Source of the DNA: Selaginella moellendorffii
Taxonomy: Eukaryota > Plantae > Lycopodiophyta
Direction: 5' to 3'
Length of the DNA stretch: 64,000 nt
Assembly: GCF_000143415.4 (NCBI RefSeq)
Contig: NW_003314420.1
Span: 41,279-105,278, forward strand
The translations under genes and the position numbers were made by a program. The notes beneath the pieces are model-generated. The model was given only the letters and a program-made list of their open reading frames with translations. It was not told where the DNA came from and did not search any database. Of the stretch, positions 51,878-63,425 are shown piece by piece (the stretch's first letter is position 1; the number at the start of each line of letters is the position of its first letter).

Positions 51878-52924
51878 GCAATTCAGTAGCTTTATAAACA
51901 TGCAAATACAGAACTTGATGCAAAATCCTTTGATATGTCACAATGCCCCTAGGACCATAAACACATTTCAATAGAGAGGGTCCTTTCATTTCATAACTCC
52001 TTACGTAGATCTTGGTAAAACCAGAGTTAGTGAAGTTGGTTTCTTGTGATCCCGCATCTGATTGTGATGTCCCTTTGCAGTGTCGATGGAAAGGTCAATG
52101 CACACCAAACTGTAGAATCTTGGAGCAAAATAAGGGTCGGATCTATAGCAAATGCCCCTGAAACATTGTAAGGCTCGTGTGGTCTCATGTAGTGTCCGAT
52201 CGAGATGCTTCTTTGCAGGGTCATCAAGAAGGACATTGTATACCATTCTTTATTTAGCTGAACATCTAGCATTTTTGGAAATACAAGATGCTTTAGAATA
52301 TCCAATCATGCATAGTATAAATATAGCGAGGGTATTAAATGATATCCCAATCATGATCTTTCTTTTGGATTTCGCATGCATGCAGTCTGAGGAATGATGA
52401 CGTTGCGGATTTCTTTTGGATTTCACGTGCATGCATGCGCGCGGCGATCCAGAAATTAATGGTGGCGCCCAAGTCCAAGGAATGATGACGTTGCGGGATT
52501 ACCAACCGTCGTGACATTTCGCGTGTGTGAGGTTAGGTTTTGCATTTAGCTTCATACTTGCGCTCGCACACTCGCGCTCGCATCGCGCTCCCACTCGGGA
52601 TCACGCTCACATTCGCGCTCATCTACCTTCTCTACAGGTTTCTTGTGTGCATTGGCGTCCACTCGCGCTTGCATCACACTCGCACTCGCATCGCGCTCGT
52701 GTGCATCGGCGTCCACTTCAAGACACACCCAGTTTGTAACTTTGCCGCCAACTCCACCGCCCACTCCGCCACCCACACGCAGCCCACTTGGCGTCCCAGG
52801 AGATTTCAGCGCCACTCTCCAACTGTAAGTGGCAGAGTAGCCTTGCTGCTACGATCTGCTGCACACACAGTGCACATTCACCAGCAAGTCCGGCCTCGAT
52901 TGTCATGCCTCCATTCGGCTTCAA

Positions 52925-55900
52925 ATGGTAAGTCTTTTAGGCCAAGTAGAAAATGGCATGAGGCCATATGCCATTCAGTAGCAACATTGGCATGCACCGA
53001 TTGGGCTCTCGAGTGCAGTCCGGTTACAGATGGCGTGTAGCCTCACGCCATCTTAGGATGCAGCCTCAAGACATCTGATGTAGTGGTGAATGGCGTGTGG
53101 CCTCATGTTATTTCCAGTTGCTAGCTTTTCATCTGTCAGCTCTAATTGTTGTGCATTTATGAACAGGCGAGGAATTGCGTTCTTCTTCCAGCCACTGTCA
53201 ATGTGGATGCAGAGAAGGGGGAGGAGCTCACCAGTTGGACTTTCGGGATGGAAGGCAAGGATCTGAGACTGTACAACACAGATGGTGGGAGAAAAGAATG
53301 CATGGGGATCCTCATCCAAGTGACAGACACTCCATGCAGTTCCATGCAAGAATATGGACTGCCACTTATGGTAGAGACAGCGTCCGCCTTCAAGATCCAC
53401 CTTGCACATCCTAGCGGCTTCCCGGAGGGGGGCAGCGGCTATGAGGAATTCCTAGAGGGAGCTAGGGAGAGGTTGTCCAGGAGGCCCACAATTTCAAAGA
53501 CGCTGCGGGTTTATGAAGATCACATGGAATCCACGGACCTCACCTACGGCGATGTTCAAAAACTATATTCCAACATTGAGCCGTTGAGAGTGCCTCCAGT
53601 TCGCGAAGCGAAGGGGAAGGGGGTCGATCTGGAAACTACCCCGAAGCAGAAAAGGGTGGTCAAGCTCAAGCCGACATCCGACTCTCCTGCTCCAAAAAAG
53701 AAGCTACTCGGTGATGCCATTGCCTCGGGTTCGAACACTACACCCACCAAAAAGAAGAGCCGCAAAGAGCAAAAAGAGCAAGAAGAGGCAGCAAAAATCG
53801 TCGCAGATAATAGTACTTGTTACTATTCCAACAAAGTATATACAATCGACGTGAGCCGTATCGACATCCAAAGCAAATACAACCACAGGCTAGTATCTGA
53901 TGAGTGGGTGGAGAAACTGAAGCAGAAGATGCTGGCAACTCCAGTAACACCCGACATCACAAACGTGATCCCCTACTACCGAACAATGAAAGGCGAGACG
54001 AGGTTTCCAGACTTGATCAATAGGAAGGTGTTGGACGATCAAAACATCCGGTTCTATGCCGTCTCCGGGTAGCATTCTAGCTTGGCGATGCAAGAGATAG
54101 TTGTGGATATTATGGTGGGCGAGGAGGTGAAGAAAGTCTTCAAGACAAGAGTTGTCTGCCTGATAAAAGGCAACTCGCCCCTCCGATCTATCATATACAT
54201 CTCCCACGCGCAGAATGTCAAGCAAGAAACGTGCTACTAATCGGGTCTGCACGAGACATTGGCACGAACACGGAAGCTCTGGGTTCAACTGAAGAGGCCA
54301 CAAAAACCAGGACAAGGACGTGCACTAGCAACTAGCGCTTGGCAGGTAAGCCTCGTTGCATGTGGCATAGCATGTGGCCTCACGCCATTTCCATTGTAGG
54401 AATTCTTGAGTCTTCTCTCGAAAACACTGGGGGTTAATGACACACTCAGCATCCATAACATTCTACTCGCGACAAAAGTTATATTTGACAAATGGGTAGA
54501 TGTGCTGAGGAGGTACCATGAAGGGGAGTTGCTAAACTCAATGGGTGTGGAGGATGGTCGGAAGCCCAATGATTTGAAGCTCAACGCCTTGCGTTTCTCG
54601 CGGTCTCTAGACGACGACGACCTTCTGACAGTGGTTAATGCTCTTCTACGTGGTGAGGTGGTCTTCAACAAGACCAAAATGACTCCCGGCCATATTGTGA
54701 CATATGAGGACTTGTGCACGACTCTGAGAGCTCGTGCACTATTGAAGGATTGGATCTTCGAGCAAGTGGCCATGGAGAGGGTGAGCATCGACACCACGCA
54801 AGAGATGATGGAAGAGCTAGAGTTGTCAAATGAAGACATCGACGAGTACGTGAAGGGGGCCCCCAAGTTCATCGATCTGCTGCGGGATGCCACGAAAAGT
54901 AAAGCTGAGAAGTTGGATCAGTATCCAAATTTCATTAAGAGGGATGTCGACTGCCGGCTTCAGAAACAGCTCGACCCCGCAGCAGAGGCCTATCGAGAAC
55001 CTTACCGGGTATACGTGAATTCGGATGAGGATCAAAGGTGGAGGAGCATCGTTTCCCGTGGAGATGAGTAGGTCAAAAACATCTTTTGTGTGATGGACTT
55101 CACAAATGAGGAGATCACTCATGCAGACGAAGTCAGCTCCATCATTGACTTAATGGTGGGACTTGCGGAGGTGGAATATTCAGTCCACTATATGATCTAT
55201 GACTCCGAATCCTATCACAAGTTCTGGAAGGCCTTGAACGAGGTGAAGGCTCGGTTGAAAGGCAAGGAGATGCGGGAGATCCATGGGATAATGGCTAAGA
55301 AGAAGATACCGACGAATGTCCGCATCTTCACACTCGCCCTTGTTATTGGTCCTGCAGCAGAGTGGGACTGGAGTGACTTCCCAGCTTCGTTCGACAAGGC
55401 CGATCGAATTGATCTGAGGGAGGTCAATTTACCCGTGCCTGAGGAACTGAAGACGGCTATGGAGCTTTCGAATCCAAAGAAAGCTCCAGGTGCAGCATGG
55501 GAAATGCTCAGCTGGGTCTTCAACACAATAGCGGGTGGGTCACCTGCTTCCGACTCCAAGGGCAAATGCGTTGTCGAGTACAACTGCGGCGGACTATTCT
55601 TTCGAGCCGCACTACTCAAGGGTGTCCCATGTGTTGCGGTGACAAACTCCATTGAAGAGGTGACTTCAATGGAGCATATAATTACAGTTGCCAAAGAAAA
55701 GCAGTATCTTCTCTACGAACCTAGTGAGTACGCACTTTAAGTTTAAATGTTATCTCACAAGCTCTGTATGCAGGAGTGTGGCCACCCCCAGATGCTGAAA
55801 CGGCGTTAACAGCTACTGTTGAAGATATCCATGTTGGGTCGAGCTCACAACCTGCACAAGGTAAGGTCACGTGAGGCCTCACGCCATTTTGATTATAGAT

Positions 55901-58536
55901 CGTTGTGAATATTCAGACACGAGGACTGAAAAGCGCACTGGTGGCGCGTCGAAGAAGGACAAACAGACAAGCAATAGGAAAAAAGGAGGTACAAATTATA
56001 TTTGCAATGGTGTGTGGTCTCATGCCATTCCTTGCAGGAGACACTTCTTCAAAGGCAAAACAGGCAAGCACCAGCCAAGCTCAAACTGACAGTGGTCATA
56101 AAAAGCGAAAGCACGTTAGACAGTCGTCGGGATCAGAGGTGTTTGATTCGAAAAGGAAGAAGGGCAACGAAAAGATGATAGGTAATGCCTCGTAGTTATG
56201 GCGTGTGTGCTCATGCCATTCATTGCAGATCAAGGGTTGAGTGAAAGCAGCCAGTCACCACCTCCTCACTCAGATTCCTATGGCAGACTCCCCTTCCCTA
56301 ATCTCAATGGAGAGGTACAATGGATGAGGGATGCTTTTCAAGTCAGGGCCACGTTTTTCTCATCTCGTCGTCTTCGAAGGGTGCAAGAACATGCAGAAAC
56401 CATGTTAAGACAGTCGGGTGAGGATACGGTCCTAGGTCACGCACTAAAACAGGTTATGGATGTCTTGTATTTTGAGATGGAGACTCGGCCAGATGATTTT
56501 CCCAAGATGGTCCTGGAAGAACAAGCCATCCAGCCTGAGCAGCCTATAGAAGAAATGCAGGAGGGGGATGAGGAGCCAGAGAAAGATAATGAGCAGGAAG
56601 AGCAAAAGGACGAAGAGGAGGACAAAGAAGAGGAGGACGAAGAGGACTTGGATGGTCCTCACAATGGTGACGATCACAATAACGACGACAATGATGATGA
56701 TGACGATGGCCAGCCTGAGGTGGCCAAAGAGCAGCGGAGGAAGGTCATACAAGACAAACCATCAGGTAAATAATAGTACATCCATTCCTAACCTTTTACC
56801 ATTTCTAACATTGTCCATGTAGGTCGCAGAGCAAATGGTAAGTAGAGATTATTCAGTTGAATTAAGATACAAACTCTAGCCTTTAGTGTCGAGGAAGGAT
56901 AGTGCCAAGCAAGGGTCGAAACGTATGTCCAATCCTTCAGAATCAGCAGTGCGCCCAAGTGATATCGGTCCTAGTTCCTCAATAGCAGTTGATGGTAAAT
57001 ATAGTATAGTCGATTCAATGTGCTAATGAGTTTGTTTTTAGTAGCACGGGAGGATACCATCTCAATCGAAGGGAGATATTTAGATATGCATATGGATCCG
57101 CCAGTGGACTCTACTTGCCTGCAAGAGTCATCAGAGCTGGTGGAGGCTACTATCCATATCAACGCCAAACAAGCTAACCACGCTCCACTTGATGCTGCCC
57201 ATACCATTGAGTCAATCTTGTCCACGTATCCAACTGACGGTGATCAGGCGCCATTGGACCCACATGAGGCCGCCCCAGCCGCTGAGCCAGTCGTATCCTC
57301 ATTTCCAACGGACTCAACGTGTGCCCAATCGTCTGACTACGCGCCATTGGAACCTCCCTACACTGCCCCTGCTGCCTGTTCAGTCATGTCCACTTTGCCA
57401 ATGGAGGCACCAGCTGAAATGGCGTGTGATCACACGCCATCGGAACCACCCCATGCCACTGTTGAGCCAGTTGTACCAAAGTCTACAGCTGAAATGGCAT
57501 GTGCCCACACGCCATCGGATGCGATTGACCCCACATTGCAGAGGAGAGTATTTCCGCCCTTCACGTTTCCTTGACCAAAACCCTCTCAACGACCATCGGG
57601 AGCACCATTCGCTAATATTGTAGATGGTAAAATTGACTTGTACCATTTTTTATGCTGACGCATTTCATTTCAGAGTCACGGCGAAGGTACTGTATCGTTT
57701 TTGATCTGAACGGTGTCCTTTTCTCCCATGAGCGTGGCTCGTCCTCGAATGTCACTGCACCTTCCAAAGCCTACGGTCGCAAGTTGGTCAAAAGAGACAG
57801 ATTCACATTAATCACACGGGAGAAACTGCGGGATCTAATAATGACCATGCGACACTTAAAACAGAGGGCCGGGTTCAATTTGCAATTGGGAGTTTGGACA
57901 TCCATGATGCGCCACAATGCATTAACGTTGCTACAGATGATGCACGATCAGATGCGAGTAATATTACCATTTGACTTTCTCCTAACACAGGAGGATTGCT
58001 TGACTATGGTCCATGTGAGGGGTAGCAAGCCCATCTTCGTCAAGCCAGAGGCTGTAGTGATGAACCGGACTACTAGGTCAAGTGAAATCCTCATCATCGA
58101 TGACTTGCCGATTAAAACTGCAGCGAACACGCACACATATGCAGTGCACCCCATCTCTTGCAGTATGGAAACTAGGGAGAAGAAACCGTATGTTCTGGGG
58201 GACCTTGCAAAACGGCTTGGAGTGATGGTGATAGAGAACCGGCCAGTCTAGGAGGTGGCTGCAGAAATCAATCAAATGGCAGATGGAACGGTATATTAGA
58301 AGCCATTTGATCGGACAGACACCAGTCATCATTTATGGCATGTATATTGTCTAGCCAAGCACTATCCGCATCTCCATAATCTGCTCAACCGGATGGGTTC
58401 TTCGACCACTGAACATGAGCGTAGACGTATTAGAGAAGAGATGGCATTACTATTGGGTTTAAATCCTGATAGTGTGGAGAGTGATGAAATTCCAAGATTA
58501 TTGTATAGGCGTTGGAGGCAAAAAATAACAGTCTGA
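52925..58536 (+). pseudogene. Large multi-exon accessory gene: ParB-like domain, possible methyltransferase-like fold, acidic/low-complexity region, C-terminal FCP1/NIF-type HAD phosphatase
   Basis: ATG|intron 52928-53166; introns 54346-54399, 55724-55773, 55861-55916, 55989-56037, 56182-56228, 56766-56822, 57626-57673 and others; FYAVSG(Q)HSSLAM...ISHAQN; CIVFDLNGVL, GVWTSMMRHN, TQEDC, ILIIDDLPIK; several TAG/TAA/TGA point stops. Confidence 0.72.
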
Positions 58537-58982
58537 GATGGCATGTATTTATTTAAAAATGTAACTTATTATGGCATGGGGTTCCATGCCATTGTATTAA
58601 TATTAAAAGACAATTCTTTGAGAGGATTTACATTATACTAGAAGTGTTACAGCATGTTATTGGAAGTCTATGAAGTTGTTTTATTAATAAGGGGAAAGTA
58701 AAGATTGAATGGGGACTTGGGCTCCACCTAGACTCGGAGCAACTAAGCCAATATTAAAAGGATGGAAAGAAATTGGACGACGATGACAAGGAGAAGAGAG
58801 AGGTGAAGCAGTGGCAGGGGGAGGAGAAGTGATTGAGTAGACATTTCCTTGTTTAAAATAAAATGGCATGTGCCTCAATGCAGTTGAATTTTGTTATATT
58901 TATATACTATATAAAGGTTTGGAAACCTTATTTTACAAGTGGGATAATGACAATTCCCACTTTAACAAAATAGAGCTTTCAT

Positions 58983-59095
58983 CCCTTCAAAGGTGTACCT
59001 CTGAAAATCATGTCCCTTGTATATGTATTTGAATATATACTTGACACTTTTTACAGTGGAACACACCTTGGCATTTATGTGTGCTCTGTATTTAC
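58983..59095 (-). pseudogene. Helitron Rep catalytic-region fragment
   Basis: KYRAHINAKVCSTVKSVKYIFKYIYKGHD (Helitron Rep two-tyrosine motif). Confidence 0.88.
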
Positions 59096-61596
59096 TCCTT
59101 CCTTGAGAGGAATAATGAATCTTAGTTCCACAATTTGCATAGATTATCCAGTTTAGACTATCAAGAATCAAGAACAAATCTAAAGTATTTTCTCTTGCAC
59201 AAGAGTGATTTTAGCGTATCATTTATGGATAAGGGAAATAGCCATATATGTTCCATTCGAGTGATAAAATAACAAACTCTGGTAAGTTCTTCTCTATCGT
59301 TTTCTTTTGATTTTTTCTTTGTTTTATCTATCTAAATTTAGCAGTGTGAGCTATAAAAGACACAATCTAAATCAGCTTAGTAGATGAGTTTCAAGAATTT
59401 TACTCTTAGCAAAGATGGTGCATTCTGTATTGCAAAACTTGCAGAGTGTATCATTGCCACAAGACCTATAGAAACTGTTGGATCAATAACATTGCATTGC
59501 CATACTCAAAATTTAATTTAATTTTGAAATTTACACTCATCCAACTTAACATCTTTGTGAAGTGTGTGTTTGTCATTTTCTTATTTAATCTCTCTTTTAT
59601 AGATGGCCTTCATTGTCTTCAGTCTTTATTAGTTTATTTCCTTGTCATATTTGGTTATGCTAGATAATCAAATTTTTTCCAAATTCTGAAGATGTAACAA
59701 TAATAAGTATAAATAAGATAAGAAAGAGATGAATAGAGTAAAAATTTACTATTTCTTCAAACTCTTAAGTTTGAAAAACCCCTACTTGTAACTGTGACTC
59801 CATTCTGAAAGGGATAGTTAGGAATCGTTTCAAAAAAAATAAACACAAACATGGAAAGTAAAACATTTGTCCTTTCCTCATGCTCCCTCACTTGATGAAT
59901 AGTTTTAGTATCATTTATTGTACAAGTTAATGATATAGAAAATAGACCTATCTTATTCCTTATATGGAATCTTGTATGGAAATAAAAATGTTTTCTATTC
60001 TATGTCTTCTTCCACAATCGTACAACTGACCTCTTCCAGAATAAGAGTTCTATCTTTGGAAGCATGCAGAAATTGATTTCAGTTCATTTGAAAACTGGGT
60101 TCTCTTTAGTTCAAGAGAATGTATATCTATAGTTCCTGGATTAACCACAGTAATTTTTTTGTTGATTGTGACATTTGAATAACATATCATATATGTTTCA
60201 AAAGTATTACATTCCAAGACTTTATTTGCTGCTAAATTAGTGTTTTGGGAAATTAGTCTATTATCATCATTATTTAGAGCATTTAATGAGTCATTGATTG
60301 TATCAACATCCTTCAATGTTCAAACATTATGGATGATGTTTTTTGACTAAGCTTTAGCTTGTTCAGATTTGAATTCTAGTTTTTAAATTAATCTACACAT
60401 GAGAATAACATAAATCTAGTTTTGCTTGTAAAACTTTTTTGTTTATTTGTAACTTGACCTTTTGAGAATTTCATTGTTTGTTTTCGTCATTCAGTAGTGA
60501 TGATGTGTATCTTTCAGATCTTTTATCTGAAATTTATAATTACCTTTTTAGTATAGAGAATGATAGTTATACCTTGGAGATCATCAAACTCCACAAATAC
60601 TTTTATATGGGAATGGAACATTTTCTTTGTATATAGCCTTTCTTTTATTGGTAACAAAAGTAATACAAGTAGATGGTCCCTCATATCATATATTGTTGCA
60701 ATTATTATTACTGTATAAGAATTTATTACAAAATTTAAAATTATAGAAAGGATTCTAACCAAACATTTATGTATAACTTGCAAGTGGTTTTCTAGTCATT
60801 AAAGATTAAGTGTTTTCTCAAATACTTGTTTATTACATGTAGGATCCATAAACTTTTCTTCAAAAACTCCTGAACCATCAGAATTAGAAATGTTAGAAAG
60901 TACTAAAATGAGTAACAAAACTTGCCAAGAACACCATATCCTTGTTTATTTGATGAATTCCATTTTCTCCGGAATAACATGTCTTTTGTCCCTATGAAAT
61001 CACACAAGACTCTTGATCTCTCAAATTTCAGAAAGAATTTATCCCCTTTATGTTGTTTTGATAGTCTTGCAGTACCAGACTTGAACCAAAAGACTAAATT
61101 GAAAAAAAAATATTTGTGAAACTTTGAATTAGAGCATTTAATAATTATATTGTCCTCTCCATATTTATAGGTATTTACTGTGCCTAAATCTTAGAAATAA
61201 GTTTAAGATTATAATATTAAAGTGATATACTATAACAAGTGTAATAATAAGCCTATATCTTGCTCATAGTTGATGAAAATATTTAAGTGTTTAATATATA
61301 GTATTGTATCTCTGTATAAATTATTATTAATCTTATAAATATAATATGTCCTTGCCGCACAATGACATCATCAAGAGTCTCTTCCACATCATCATGGCTA
61401 TCATCACTAATGCCATACTCTTCATCAGGATCAATGTCTTGCTCACCCGCCATCCCCAAAAGAACGTGCTGCTCCAATACCAATGAAACGAACAAGAGAG
61501 CGAACCCTAGGCCAACCTCCCAACCCTTAAGGCGTTACAGCCTTAAATCCCACGGGCCATGGAATATTCTTGAAATATTCCTATGGTTTGTGTCAT

Positions 61597-62390
61597 GTAG
61601 TTTGTTCACACATTCTTGCTTTCGAATCCCTTGCTACCTGTGCAATTTCTAAAGCTCAATTTCACAGGCCTGTGCCTACACTTCCACATTGGAGCCACTT
61701 AGCATGCATGAAAATAAGTTGAGTTAAACCTTGTCCAAACTATTCCTAACAGCAGCTTCGATCTCAGCAGAAGCTTCCTCTAACCATGTGTTCCTATAGA
61801 AATCAACGAGTGGAATGATAAACAAAAGCAATAGAGAGAATACACTTGCTTCTGAAAGTCTTCATGTTTTGCCTTTGTGCTTTGCAAATCTTCCTCAGCT
61901 TGCTTGAGCTGTATAAATAGGAACGACATCTATCATATGTAACGTTAAAAACAATTTAACAGCTAAACCTGTTCTCTAGATGTTGTTTCGCAGCACTGGT
62001 AGTCCTCACAGCATTTGTCAACCCTATAGTTTGTTCACACATTCTTGCATTTGAATCCCTTGCTGCCTGTGCAATTTTCTGAAGCTCAATTTCACAGGCC
62101 TGTGCCTACACTTCCACATTAGAGCCACTTAGCATGCATGAAAATAAGTTGAGTTAAACCTTGTCCAAACTATTCCTAACAGCAACTTCATTCTCAGCAG
62201 AAACTTCCTCTAACCATGTGTTCTTGTAGAAATCAATGAGTGGAATGATAAACAAAAGCAACAAAGAGAATACACCTGCTTCTGAAAGTCTTCATGTTTT
62301 GCCTTTGTGCATCGCAAATCTTCTACAGCTTGCTTGAGCTGTATAAATAGGAACGACATCTGTCATATGTAACATTAAAAACAACAACGT
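61597..62390 (-). pseudogene. Two tandem copies (~430-bp period) of an intron-containing fragment of the coiled-coil gene at 41255-41660
   Basis: Reverse complement matches exons and introns of 41255-41660; TATTCCTAAC recurs at 61741 and 62171. Confidence 0.88.
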
Positions 62391-62391
62391 T

Positions 62392-62574
62392 CAAGTGATG
62401 TTCTTGTCAGAAATTGAAGGAGCAAAACCCTTGAGGATCAACGCATTAGTTTTGGCAGGGTTGGCAACCACCAATTCCAAATTCCAAATGCTGATATATT
62501 TTCTATTTATATATTACCTTCAAGTCCTTGGCAGCACACTTTTCAAGAGCAGAAGCTTGAGACTTATAGATGGA
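62392..62574 (-). pseudogene. MDH: Cytosolic malate dehydrogenase gene fragment with intron
   Basis: SIYKSQASALEKCAAKDLK, intron, [27 protein letters not shown]. Confidence 0.85.
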
Positions 62575-63286
62575 GATAGGCTATGATTGATGAGAGTAGC
62601 GAACCTCATGGCACGGTGAAATGCTGAACTACATAGGCGCTTCTAGAAAAATGCTTCGAAAAAACTAGTTTACCTAAAAAATAAAAACGTTCCACTCTCA
62701 ACTGTTTTTTCCCACATGTCTTCATCTCCACCATTAAGCTCGAAAAGAATCTCAATTGAATATGTCACCCTTACTCTTAAATATAGATGGATGATGAGTG
62801 CTGATGATGATGATTAGAACTATAACTACATCTTTTCAAATTGAAAATATTCTCTACTACTCCCAGCAGAGCTGGAATCCCTGCCAATTACACCTCTACT
62901 TGCAGGCGATTGTGGTAACAGCTCATTGTCATTGGATAAATTGCAATTTATCCAATAAATTGCAATTCTAATCATCATCATCAGCACTCATCAATTTGAT
63001 TCTTTTCAAATGTATTTTAACTCATTAAAGAGTTAGAAAACCCAAAACTATCAAAAGAAATACTTAATGACAATATATAATTAATAATACAGTGTAACTA
63101 ATACACTCTCATATCTACTATATTCATTTTATAATATAACAATAATACTCCTTTAAAAACCTTTAGAAGAATAAACCATTAAAATAAAGGAATAGTAAAC
63201 TTGAATATGTAGTAGATAAAATCATACACTCTCATATCTACTATGATTGATATGGCTCTCTCATAATTTAATTTGTGTTAATTAAA

Positions 63287-63425
63287 TCATCATACTCATA
63301 TATTTAAATGAAAGAGCTGGTATAATAATAGCATATGTTGGGGACACTTATTCTGGGCATATGCCAAGATCTAACAGCTGAGATATAATTACAAAAAGTC
63401 ATAACTTTTCAATTCAGAAACTTTT
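63287..63425 (+). repeat. Repeat shared with 31822-31935, probable Helitron 5'-terminal region
   Basis: TATTTAAA...GAGCT.GTATAATAATAGCATATG...GGACACTTATTCTGGGCAT shared; preceded by repeated TCATACACTCTCATATCTACTAT-like units. Confidence 0.55.

Larger units (their letters stand above)
47161..58592. repeat. Dispersed 22-bp palindrome ATGGCRTG-N6-CAYGCCAT (19 good copies)
   Basis: Starts at 47161, 47477, 47566, 48975, 49032, 50635, 50711, 50808, 51420, 52953, 53030, 53090, 54367, 55866, 56007, 56198, 57419, 57494, 58571; weaker copies at 47620 and 58863. Confidence 0.9.
46935..58978. mobile_element. ~12-kb TIR DNA transposon (Sola1-like) carrying a divergent accessory gene
   Basis: TIRs ATGCTCTATTTCATTAAAGTGGGA / AAGCTCTATTTTGTTAAAGTGGGA (reverse complement of right end); 4-bp TSD TCAT (46931-46934 / 58979-58982); removing it rejoins Helitron Rep sequence KYIYKGHD...DEIEAF. 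Confidence 0.85.

Noticed and set aside
47161-58592. CRISPR array made of the palindromic repeats
   Set aside because: Spacing is irregular (57 bp to more than 1.5 kb), copies lie in introns and exons, there are no cas genes and the context is eukaryotic
46935-58978. Classification as CACTA, MULE or Harbinger
   Set aside because: No CACTA terminus, no 9-bp or 3-bp TSD; the 4-bp TSD and GHTHEDVD motif fit a Sola1-like transposase better, though this needs HMM confirmation
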